A stretch of DNA of 64,000 nt from Gekko japonicus. Taxonomy: Eukaryota. Shown piece by piece: positions 11,621-23,145 of this stretch; within the stretch, counting starts at the first letter, position 1; each line of letters opens with the position of its first letter. The stretch is from NCBI RefSeq assembly GCF_001447785.1, contig NW_015177076.1:109509-173508 (forward strand). Reading direction: 5' to 3'. The position numbers were made by a program, and so were the translations under genes. The notes beneath the pieces were generated by a model. The model was given only the letters and a program-made list of their open reading frames with translations. It was not told the DNA's origin and did not search any database.

Positions 11621-14600
11621 ACAATAATTGAATTTCTCACTATGTCAGATAGCCTGACTTACTGTTTTTTGGCTTATGCACTATTTCTTTGGAGCAGGTT
11701 ATAGAGCAGGCAACTCAATCTTGGAGTTACAGGGAGTGTGCAGAAGCCAACGCAAGCATGTAGGTCACCTCTGCCTGAGTCTCAAACTACAGACAACAAG
11801 GGAAGGGCAGGTAAGTTTGAGCACTGGCAGGTATCTGCCCCATACAACAGGAGTGAAGAGGGAAAGTGGGTGCAAGCCTTCTCACACACATGCAGATCCC
11901 TGCTGCCTCTCAGGTACTCGAGGGCAAGGACAGTGTGGGGAATCACTACAGATATCACACAAATCCAATTACAGCATCCTATAGAGATTGTGGGTATGAT
12001 AAGTCCAAACTGGGAAGTTCTGTATCGAGAATTTGACTAGTTGTTTCCACATTCTTATCCCAAGGATGGTTACATTAGGTTCAAAAGCAACAATTTAAAT
12101 TCAGTGGTAACATTAAAATAATCAATACCATCTATTCTAGAAGCCTCTAGTTTCGAAATCAAATGCAAAAAGAGCACTGTATGACATTGTGGCAATTCTG
12201 GAGCGCCTGCTCCACTATTCTGTAGCAGCAGAATAAAATATGGAGTCCCTTGGCACTTTCAACATTAACACAATTTATTTCAACATAAAACTTTGAGAGT
12301 CAGAGCTTACTTTATCAGGTGCATAAAGGGTTTACTTCATGAACCTGAAGCTTTGGCTCACAAAATCGTATGCTGTGATAAATCTTAAATTCTGTTTAGG
12401 ATTGCACTGTCAGAGAACTGTCTTAAACTGTCAGAGAAGTAATAGATATTTGTGCTAATTGTTTATCATCACTATAATAGTAAAAATAGTGGATGGTGTC
12501 AATCATGAAAGCAGCAAAACTACCCCTTCCTAAGTTCTGGGTTTCTGGATATTTGCTGGCTCTGCAAGTATGCGGAAAAAAATGTGGCTGCATGCATCAA
12601 AAGAAGAAAACAACAGCCTGACAAATGTGGTGCATGCTTGAGATGTGGAATGTTGAAAAAGAAAAGAGAGATGGGGAAATTAGTCTGTGCTCAAGCCTCT
12701 GAGAGCTTATAGCATGTTGAGGGGAGACATTTAGGTCAGGGGTAATTTTCTTCCCCTTGCAGTCTCACACAACAACCCAACATTCTTTGGCAGTAGAGCA
12801 GTTAAATAAGGGTGCCCCCAGAAAATACAGGGGTTTCAGTCCTGACCAGGATAGTCCAGGCGGATTCCCAAGGCATGATGAAATATATTACTTTATAAAT
12901 GAAAAAGCTCCCCCCCCCCAAGAAAAACAAATGGCCTCATGAGGAATGAGTATGCTCATTGGTCTCCAGGAAGCAGAGAATGCTGAGGGCAGTTGAAGTA
13001 AGGAAGGTGACTGGCCTGCTCAAGCTATCTTACCATACCATGCTCTTACGTCATGTAACCAGACCTTGCTTAAAGAGCTGGTATTTTGCCAGTGTTTAGA
13101 AAATACTTTGTTACCACTGGGGTCACATTTCAGAGTGAAAAAATGCTATCTTAAAATATTTTTATTTTTAGAGAATGAAGATAGAAAGTAATGTATCATT
13201 CTAAAACCTGGGGAAGAAATACAAAAGTAATATGTAACATATAGAGTTTCTCTATAAGAATACAGACTTACTTTTGTGCCAGATAACAAAGTACCATAAA
13301 CATTCCCAAAACGTTTTGTAATAACAATGGCAAACACTGACTGTTCCTCACTATAAAAGTAAGATCAGAATAACAATCCCCATTATTTGAAAGGGTTTTT
13401 CTTTAAAATACGGAAGACAGTCACATCTGTCTTTCAGGGGGAAAAGGGTTTCAGTTGACAAGGGTTAGAAGCTTTAAGTGCCACCATGATATGTGAGAAA
13501 TGACAACATTCTGGGAATGAAAATACTACTTTGGGTTGTTATTCATTGATCTTTGGAAGACATGGGTATTTACAACTGTGTAAGAGAGGTGAGTACAAAA
13601 AGTATATTGTTCTGTAGAAACGGCATTAACAGGAATCTTTAAACATGGAGATGGGTCACTCCTTTTTGCTAAGACTTCCTGTGATGAAAGAGTGGAATGG
13701 ATTGAACCCATCTGCCATAGCTATTCTGCTATACAGCAGAACACACTTACATTTCAAGACTATTGCTAGCACAGGTACATTGTTCTAAACATAATTTGGA
13801 TAGACAGTCCAGCAAAAAGGTCAGTGCAAAATTTTGACTCCTGCCATCATAACCATTCCCTCATGGGGTGGTCCCAATCCAAACTGGATCCCCAGGTGCC
13901 TGCTGAGTAGGGTGTTGTTGTTTTTAAGTGCCAGAAACTCCATTCACAGAACTCCCAATGTATCATCTAGTCAGGCCCTCTTTTTCTTGCCAAACCTTTA
14001 AAGAACTAAAGGCTTTTCAGATCACAAGAGAGGCAGACAGCACAAAAAGTACAGGTCTGTTGCTTTTTCAGATTCAGAACCCATCCTAATGCTAGAAAGA
14101 CAGCTCTTTAAAGCCAACAGAAAGGGACTGCACATTGTGCCTTACGGAAGCTACATGAGCAGCATTTATTTCAGGCTTTAAAAAGCTTGTAGTCCTTTGT
14201 GGCTAATAGAGAGATAACAATTGCTGTAGAACTGTTATGGATGGCAGAGCACAGGAGGTCCAGGGCTAGATTATTCCAGTAATCCTCAAAATCCCTCCCA
14301 TATGATGTAAACAGGCATGTATGAATTGTATTTCCATTCAGGCTGATGGAATAAAGGAAGGGAATTTGAGGGTCCAATCCTAAACAGGGCTATACCCTTA
14401 TAAATCTGTTGAAGTCAATGGGCTTAGAAGGAGATAACTTTGCTTAGGATGGCACTGCAAGGTTTAGCTTGCACCTAACTGATGTACATCTAATTCTTTG
14501 TGATTCTACCTGTGCTAACACATCGTTGTGAGAATAAAACTCATCCTTTTTTCTCATCCTCAAAGCCCACATATACAAGGATAGCTAAACTGTGACACAG

Positions 14601-15484
14601 CAAAAAGGTTTCACCTTTGTGTGAACTCCCAAAGAAGCGATTCCTTTGAACAGCGGGGGTAGAAACTTTCAGGTAGGCTCCCATAAACTGCCAGATTAAG
14701 CATTATCAAACACCCACATAAATATGGCAGCACATGAAAGACCTTCGCGCACAGCAGTAAATTGTATTATGGGTGTTCAGATGTTGCATTTAAAGAATTC
14801 CAGTTCCATGCTTCAAACATCTACTTTACCCTATGATTTGGTTTTGCTTCAGAAAACACCTGACAGAAATAATTGCACATAACGATTTGGTTTTGCTTCA
14901 GAAAAACCTCCATGTGCAATTCATCCTCAAATAAAACACCTGACAGAAATAATTGCACATAAGAACTAGTTCAAATGCTGCTAATTAACTAAACCTAAGT
15001 GCATGGTGGACTTCAGAGTTCATCAAAGCAAGCCTAAGTATAGAGTCAAACACACCTTTCTGAGCAGGAAATTCTACTTTATTCTTTTGTTCAATCAGGA
15101 AAGTAACTAATACTTATATAAATTACTCCCCTTTCCCTTTTTAATTCAACGTACTTACCTTTGATGGATCATACTGGGTTTATTAAAACAACTGTCCCAT
15201 TTCATTGTAGTTTTCTCCAAGGATGCTTGGAGAAAATTCCAGAACAGCAGCCATGCTTGTGTGTTGTACCAAAATTAAACAGGAGTCCAATGACACTTTA
15301 ACACCATCTACACATCTGATAAAGTGAGCTCTGACTCACAAAAGCTTATGCTGAAGTACATCTTGGTAATCTTTAAGGTGTCACCGGACTCCTATCTGGA
15401 ACAAACTGCAAGAGTTTTCCTAAGCAGTGGGGCACAGCGAGAGAAGCAGTCTTGGAAAATGGATGATCTCAGTGGCTAGAGAAA

Positions 15485-15602
15485 CCACTGGTGGACCTCC
15501 TGATGCCACTGGTATTTCTGGCCACTGTGTGACACAGAGTGTTGGACTGGATGGGCCTTTGGCCTGATCCAACATTGGCGTCTCTTACGTTCTTATGTTC
15601 TT
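15485..15602 (+). mobile_element. CR1 3' UTR fragment in the presumed GPR161 3' UTR
   Basis: Similar to 3' ends of the 17659 (reverse complement) and 19795 CR1 copies; tail TTCTTATGTTCTTA. Confidence 0.85.
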
Positions 15603-15627
15603 AATACTGCAAGAAGTTGTGTCACTT

Positions 15628-15719
15628 ACAGTGCACTCCTAACCAGATTTACTCAGAATCCTACTGAGGTCTATTAAATGGGGCTTACTCTCATGAAGGC
15701 ATTCTCAGGATCGCATTGT
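15628..15719. mobile_element. Short (~90 bp) hairpin MITE; similar copies near 4772, 14375, 19670, 31835, 33100 and 56054
   Basis: ACAGTGCACTCCT...AGGATCGCATTGT inverted termini recurring across the window. Confidence 0.55.
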
Positions 15720-16061
15720 TAGAGAAGGAAAACAATTTTCAGTTCATTAATAAATTTGGCTTGTTTCTAATTCCTCCCATTTAACCCCCCCACACACACA
15801 CAAACAAAACAGTTCCATTGCTTCTTAGCCATTCAGCCACACAGTGGCCCTAGGTATACAGGGTGGCATACGATGTGTAGGGTTTCTTTTACATATATGT
15901 ACAAATTCTAATACTGTACAAGACAAATCTTCAGGTATTTTCAGATGTCCTTGGCTAAAATGTTGGAGGCTGCTTTTCAAAGCTATCCTTTTTTTCCAAA
16001 GGGAAAGCAGCCCTGTGTCGCCCTCAGTGGTTCTGTAGGTTCCTTCCCTATTTAGGTGATT

Positions 16062-16309
16062 TTAAGCATTCCCTTCTTCGATGCTTTGTAGCTGCAGCCT
16101 TTGGCCAATGTGGGCCCTGCCCCCACGTCGTGCACATGCGTTGCTCCCCACCACAGTCCGCACTGGAAACAAAGAGCCAGGTACAGCGTCTCCTCCAAAC
16201 AAGGCAATCCGCACATCCGCTTCAATTGCTCTAGCCAAGCTGGATGCATAGCTGTCTATAGATTTATGGACTTCAGCTTTTACATGGAGAACAGAATTCT
16301 TTGCAGAGT
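16062..16309 (-). CDS. GPR161: G protein-coupled receptor 161, last coding exon (PKA-RI-binding helix region)
   Basis: [31 protein letters not shown]...[13 protein letters not shown]; cag|AC acceptor. Confidence 0.95.
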
Positions 16310-16408
16310 CTGAAGAAAGAGAAAAACCACACAGAGAAGGTAACACAAACTATATGGGAGGAATGGATTTAGCTTTTGTAAACAACAAATAACTTTACAT
16401 TTGTGATG

Positions 16409-16430
16409 CACACACACACACACACACACA
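16409..16430. repeat. (CA)n microsatellite
   Basis: cacacacacacacacacacaca. Confidence 0.9.
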
Positions 16431-16939
16431 CCCCTCTATCACTGTGGAGGTCAGGATTCTACATGGAATAACATGGTAATTCTAAATGGAGATGTGATCC
16501 ATGACAATGACAGCTCTACATGAATGATGCAGATCGTAGATGTTGAAGCTACTATAGCAAGATTTAGCTAGCTAGGAATAAATAAAACCCTAAAGGAAAA
16601 CGATTTAACTTCTATTTAGAAAGCCTTAGAACAAGAGAAAAATGTAGTTTGGGTCAAAACATATGTTGCCTTGGGTATACCCCAATGTGTAGTCTACTCT
16701 TGAAAAATTAGCTATGGGTGATACACATAGGAACCAGGCTGTTCCCTTGCTCTACCATGTCCAGTTAAAAATGACTCCCCTGCCCCACTGCTTTTAGCCT
16801 CAATAGAGAGAAAAAAAAGACAGTGGCCATCTGTCCGATTTTCTCCTATTAGGGCTAAAAACAAGCTGGGGGGGGGACGGGGACTGGTATTATTCAGGAA
16901 AATGGTGCACGGGGAAAGAACCTCCCCCTTCCCCGGTTC

Positions 16940-17254
16940 TGTGATCTTGAAAAGTACGCAGACGTAGAGTGATTTCACCAAAGCGTACTTTATTCGATGG
17001 AACAAGATGACTTTGGCCGGCTTGCAGGCCGGCTTATATTCCCCGAGAAACCGCCACCCAAAACACACACCCACTTCCCAATACGTTATTTACAGTGGCC
17101 AAGAGTCCCATAGGCTCTCGGCCGGGAACCTAGCCCCCTGATTGGAGTGGGCTAGGATCTGCATAGTCCATTGTCTCTTGGAGCGAAGCTCGACGTTTGT
17201 GCCTGACCGCGTGGAGCCCAAGCCGGCCACGCGGTCTGGACTGGATACATTACA
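16940..17254 (-). mobile_element. Solo LTR of a Gypsy family (related to the LTR at 33335-33649)
   Basis: TG...CA termini (tgtgat/attaca), AATAAA on minus strand, 4-bp TSD gttc/gatc with 1 mismatch, clear similarity to the 33335 LTR. Confidence 0.75.
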
Positions 17255-17658
17255 GATCTATATTCTCTTCCCTCCCCTTCCCTCCCCAACAGCTGCTTTA
17301 ACAGCTGAACTACAACTTGGGGAATCTACAGTGAAATCCTAAGCAGTTACACCCAGTCTGCATCTAACCCCTTAAATCTCCTTGAAGAAAAGGGCCACAG
17401 TTTTGTTTTGGGTTGTTTTAAAAGAAAGCTGGGAACAAGCAGTTCATGGCACTAGACTGTTATAACAATAATACTATAGTGGTCTAACAATTAATACTAT
17501 AGTGTCACAACAACCTTGTGTTCATAAAAAAAATGTTTGAAAAAGCCCTCCAGTAGATATAGGGGGAGGAATGGTAGGCACAGGGCTAAGGCAAAGGCAA
17601 ATAGCACTGATGTAGGTGGAACCTGCAAAAAATACACACCTTTCCATGTACATGGCAT

Positions 17659-18562
17659 CATAAGAACATAAGAGATGCCAATGTTGGATCAGGCCAAAAG
17701 CCCATCCAGTCCAACACTCTGTATCACACAGTGGCCAGAAATACCAGTGCCATCAGGAGGTCCACCAGTGGGGCCAGGACATTAGAAGCCCTCCCACTGT
17801 TGACCCCCCCAAGCACCAAGAAGACAGAGCATCACTTGCCCCAGAGCCCCTATCTATACCTTGTGGCTAATAGCCACTGATGGACCTCTGCTCCATATGC
17901 TTATCTAATTCCCTTTTGAAGCCGTCCATGCTTGTAGCACCCACCACTTCCTGTGGCAGTGAATTCCAAGTGTTAATCACTCTTTGGGTGAAGAAGTACT
18001 TCCTTTTATCCGTTCTAACCCGACCGCTCAGCAATTTCATGGAGTGCCCACGGGTTCTTGTATTGTGAGAAAGGGAGAAAAGTACCTCTTTCTTTACCTG
18101 CTCTTTCCCATGCATAATCTTATAAACCTCGATCATGTCACCCCTCAGTCGTCTTTTCTCCAAGCTAAAGAGCCCTAAGCGCTTTAACCTTTCCTCATAG
18201 GGAAAGTGTTCCAACCCTTTTATCATTCGAGTTGCCCTTTTCTGCACTTTTTCCAAAGCTATAATATCCTTTTTAAGGTGTGGTGACCAGAACTGCACAC
18301 AGTATTCCAAATGAGGTTGCACCATTGATTTATATAGGGGCATTATGATATTGGCTGATCTGTTTTCAATACCCTTCCTAATAATCCCCAGCATAGCTTT
18401 GGCCTTCTTTATTGCAGTCACACACTGTCTCGACATTTTCAGTGAGTTATCTACTACGACGCCAAGATCTCTCTCTTGATCAGTCTCTGCCAGTTCAGAC
18501 CCCATCAACGTGTATTTATAGTTAGGATTTTTGGCTCCAATGTGCATCACCTTGCACTTGGC
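17659..18562 (-). mobile_element. CR1 LINE, 5'-truncated, with open RT C-terminal frame
   Basis: ORF 17867..18607: [43 protein letters not shown]; CTTATGTT-type tail. Confidence 0.95.
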
Positions 18563-18865
18563 ATCATCCAAAGGTGGCTTGTTAGCAATATTTAAACAAA
18601 CAAACAAACAAACCTGACTGTATCAAATCAGGTTTGGAAAAGATTGCAGCAAACCAGGGGAAAACACAGAACTGGGATGAACAGAGAACAACTTCATGTG
18701 GATGCCCCTTCAATATCATATGTGTCAAGCTGTTTCCGCAGGACTGTGTTGATCGTTAAACCTTGCACAGAGTTCAATAATATTTTAAGTGCTTCATGGA
18801 AGATTAAAGCAAGAAGTCTCTTCTGTTTGTAACACCTCATTATTAAAAAGCTATCTAAGCAACAC

Positions 18866-18985
18866 CTTTAAGTTGTTCCACTTCATCTTCAAACGTCACA
18901 GAACTCCGCCGCCGGTGGGGATAAATGCAGTGTGGGTGATTAACTCCATCCAAGCTGTAGTCTTCAAGCAGCATAACATCTGTTC
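18866..18985 (-). CDS. GPR161: GPR161 coding exon 4 (120 nt, phase 1-1, RRRSS PKA-consensus site)
   Basis: [40 protein letters not shown]; tag|...|gtgtt. Confidence 0.93.
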
Positions 18986-19382
18986 CTAAAAGGAGACCAG
19001 GGCATTAGACAATGTATTTAGGGAAGCTTTCATGTTGGAGGGATGGGCACAAACCTCCACCAGATTTAACTGCCTAAGGGTGGAATTAATACTAGTGCCA
19101 AGCATAAAGGAGTGTCTGTGGAGAAGACCAGACAAACAGAAGGAGGCACTTAACTGTTCCCCCTTCCCTCTTATCCTCCTTTCCAAATGCCTCTCCTCTC
19201 AGCCTTCAAAAACAAACTATTTTCCCCTCATCCAAGGGATAGAAGCATCCTATCTGTGGGGGAAAAACTTTCTTGGGGATGAGTATTTTGATGAGAAGAA
19301 TAAGCAGGCCAACTAATCCTATCCTGCAGATGCCCATTATTGCTCGTACCATTAAATAGCAACTATGTTGAGTAAACACATT

Positions 19383-19657
19383 TGCCAGTTTGGTGTAGTG
19401 GTTAGGAGCGTGGACTCTAATCTGGGAGAACTGGGTATGATTCCCCACGCCTCCACATGTAGCTGCTGGTGTGAGTTTGGGTCAGTTACAAGTTCTTTCA
19501 GAGCTGCTCTCAAGGGCAGTTCTCAAAAGAGCTCTCCCAGCCCCACCTACCTCACAGGGTGTCTGTTGTGGGGAAGGGAAGGGAAAGGAGATTGTAAGCC
19601 ACTCTGAGACTCCTTTGGGTAGTGAAGGGCAAGGTATAAAACAAATCTCTTCTTCTT
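19383..19657 (+). mobile_element. Squam3-like SINE
   Basis: Same head boxes and CTT tail as 5110-5397. Confidence 0.85.
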
Positions 19658-19794
19658 TGTCAGTATAACGTGCAGTTCTACTCTTAGGGAGGAATCAGAG
19701 CCTGATTCTCTCTGTACTTACTGGAAAGTAAGTCTTGCTGTTCACTGAGTCTTATTCTCATGTAAGTGTGTATAGGAATGCAACCTGCCTCTAT

Positions 19795-20646
19795 ATATAC
19801 ACATTGATGGGGTCAAAACTGGCGGAGACTGACCAAAAGGGAGATCTTGGCGTTGTTGTAGATAACACACTGAAAATGTTGAGAGAGTTTGCAACTGCAA
19901 TAAAAAAGGCCAATGCTATGCTGGGGTTTATTAGGAAGGGAATTGAAAACAAATCAGCCAGTATCATAATGCCCCTGTATAAACTGATGGTGTGACTTCA
20001 TTTGGAGTACTGTGTACAGTTCTGGTCACCACACCTCACAAAGAATATTATAGCATTGGGAAAAAGTGCAGAAAAGTGCAACTAGAATGATAAAAGGGTT
20101 GGAACACTTTCCCTATGAAGAAAGGTTAAAGCGCTTGGGGCTCTTTAGTTTGGAGAAACAATGGCTGAGGGGTGACATGATAGAGGTTTACAAGATTATG
20201 CATGGGATAGAGCAGGTAGAGAAAGAAGTACTTTTCTCCCTTTTTCACAATACAAGAACTCGTGGGCACTCAATGAAATTGCTGAGCAGTCAGGTTAGAA
20301 CAAATAAAAGGAAGTACATCTGCACCCAAAGTGATTAACACATGGAATTCACTGCCATAGGAGGTGGTGGTAGCTACAAATATGGACGGCTTCAAGAGGG
20401 AATTGAATAAACATATGGAGCAGAGGTCCTTCAGTTGCTATTAGCCACAAGGTATAGATAGGAACTCTCAGTCTGGGGCAAGTGTTCTTGGTGCTTGAGG
20501 GGGGGCAACAGTGGGAGGACTTCTAGTGTCCTGGCCCCACTGATGGACCTTCTGATGGCACATGGTATTTTTGGCCACTGTGTGACAGTCTTGGACTGGA
20601 TGGGCCATTGGCCTGATCCAACATTGGCTTCTCTCATGTTCTTATG
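19795..20646 (+). mobile_element. CR1 LINE, 5'-truncated, with stops/frameshift
   Basis: ORF pieces 19735..19995 and 20066..20338 are RT C-terminal; same family as the 17659 copy, opposite orientation. Confidence 0.95.
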
Positions 20647-21789
20647 TATATTAAATAGGATGTAATGATATCCACTGATCCAATGAAATATCCAGGGATA
20701 TTTCTTTATCTCATTCATGCCTTGCCTTTCTCCCCGATGGAGATGTAAATAGCTGGCATCATTCTCCTTTCCTCCATTTTATCCTCACAACAACCTTGTG
20801 AGGTAGGATAGGCTGAGTGTGACTGACCCAAGATCCCACCGAAAGGTTCCATGGCAGATTGGGAATTCAAACCTTGTTCTCCCATATCCTAGTCTGACAC
20901 TTCAACCAGTATACCACACTAGTTAAACAATGAAACTGAAACCTAAAGTTTATGTACTAGGAAGTTTCTCATTTAGCTCAGTGGCTGTTAAATACATTCA
21001 CGTGGAAATAAAACTATGCTAGACTTCAGATTAAATGAAGTCTGTTACCTATCTCTATACTGTAACAGCTCCAAAAACTCTTGGGTGAAGAAATTGCTGC
21101 CAGAGTGCACCAAGCATGGGGGTGGGGGAAGCAATGCATACATTTTAGTGGGATTTGGACATACATAGATCACTTCATCTACTCACGTTATTTCACAAAT
21201 AAGAGAAACGCTTCTTTTCTGTGTGAGGTGGGAGAGGACATGTCACAAGTTCATACCAGGTCCAGATAAATTATATTACGGCCCTGGAGGGTGAAATGCA
21301 TTCTGCAGGAGGGTGAAATGTGTCTTAGGGCAATGAAAGAACAGGATATGCTAACTAAAACTATCTAAAAGAATATCACTCCAAAGTTAAAAGGAAACAG
21401 GAACAGATGCTTAAAATCAGTTGCTTTGTGGTTTCCATGCATATATGCCAGTGTTGCATCTACCTTTATAGCCATGGTGACCCCACTGGTTATTTTAGTA
21501 AAATGAAAAAAATCAAGTGAAAGAAACAAGTTACATTGCATAGTGGTCAGACTCACACTGCAAGCACACAGTGAAAGAAATAGATAACACAGATAAGATA
21601 CCAAATCTGTGTCGGAACTGAAGCCCACTGCAAGGCTTCAGAAGAGGCCTGGGTCCTTGAGCAGCTCTTCTATAGGCTGCCTTTCAGTATTCCTGTGCCA
21701 GTTAGGATTTCTTCCAATCTCCCTGGCTGCATTTGCAGTTAGGTTTGCACTACTACATGTGAGGAGACAATTATAATTTCCCATAGGAG

Positions 21790-22258
21790 TAGAAGAAGAA
21801 GAAAAAGAGATTGNNNNNNNNNNNNNNNNNNNNNNNNNNCACCCGGAAGTGACGTCGCACGCTGGGGACGGGGCCACACCATTTGAGGGGAAAACTCTTC
21901 GTTTTCCCCTCAAATGGCATGGCCCCGCCCCCAGCGTGTGACGTCACTTCCGGGTGGTGCGCGCGCACGGAGACGACACCATCCGGGAGCCCCCCGCTCC
22001 CGGACAAATTGGATTTGGCAACCCTACTTGGAGTCAGAGAGGCTTACAAACTCCTTTCCCTTCCCCTCCCGACAACAGATACCCTGTGAGGTAGGTGGGC
22101 TGAGAGAGCTCTTTCAAGAACTGCCCTTTCAAGGACAGCTCTTGTCAGAACTATGGCTTGCCCAAAGTTATCCAGCAGCTGCAAGTGGAGGAGTGGGGAA
22201 TCAAACCCAGTTCTCCCAGATTAGAGTCCGCACACTTAACCACTACACCAAAGTGGCT
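21790..22258 (-). mobile_element. Squam3-like SINE interrupted by a hAT MITE and a gap
   Basis: GAA tail at 21790; body resumes at 22030; head ends ...CACTACACCAAA. Confidence 0.75.
21840..22026. mobile_element. hAT-Blackjack-like hairpin MITE (left end in gap)
   Basis: Right TIR TTGGCAACCCTA; near-perfect internal palindrome 21841-21955. Confidence 0.7.
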
Positions 22259-22627
22259 GAGTTAATCTGTTGCAGAAAAAATAAATCCCTGTGGCACCTT
22301 AAAGACTAATGATTTTTATTCCAGTATAACCTTCCGTTTATTCCAGTATAACCTTCCGTTGACTAAACATAGTGAGTGTTCCCTTCCTTGCAATATATGC
22401 AGTGCACTCAACAGATTCCTCACATTCCCACTCAGATTTTAAACACTTTGGCACCAAGAGGGTGTCATTAAAGCTAACACAGCTCTGAAAGCAAAAGCAG
22501 ACTCTTCAGCTTCACACAACTCTTCACAGGGACCTCAAATCACCTTGCAAGAAACAAAAAACTGTAGGCAGCTTAAGAGTTCTCCACTTGCATGCAGCAT
22601 GCTTACAAAACAATAAGAAAGAGTTAC

Positions 22628-22732
22628 CTGAATCCTGAGAGCAGCTGAACCCTGTGTCCCCAGTGCTGCTGCTGTGTCCTAAAGGCCGCTCACCAGCCAT
22701 GAGCGCTGTGAGATGTGGGGAGAGCCCTAAGT
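22628..22732 (-). CDS. GPR161: GPR161 coding exon 3
   Basis: 105 nt, [35 protein letters not shown]; cag|...|gtaac. Confidence 0.95.
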
Positions 22733-23145
22733 CTGCAAGAGAGTTCCAGTATTAACAATGTCTGCATTGGCAAAATGATTTTAATGGAAGCATTGTCAGC
22801 CCTCACTATTTACAGCCTAATTAATTTATTCACCTGTGGACAAACAGCATCTGTATCAAAAACAGCTGGCAACGAATGAAAGCACTGCGAAAATATATTA
22901 TTATGCTTATATAATTAGATTCATTTAAGAATGATGATGGCAGTAATGCATTCTCCAAAGGAGAAACCCAAGGCAGGGAAATTCTTATGTTTCTTTTTCA
23001 TTATGTAAAGTGAAAGGAATGTTTCCCTGTATACATCCTCCCCAAAACACTTTAGGAAATAATCATATCTGTGCACCTAGATATCTTTATTAACTTTATC
23101 TACATATATCTATAAAGCCATACTTTGTCACATATACTTCATTAC

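Noticed and set aside
15312-15352. Hammerhead-like motif CTGATAA...AAAAGCTTA
   Set aside because: Both catalytic boxes are mutated; presumed dead.
17867-18607. 246-aa ORF as a host or domesticated gene
   Set aside because: It is the C-terminal part of CR1 ORF2 in a 5'-truncated copy with a non-ATG start borrowed from flanking sequence.
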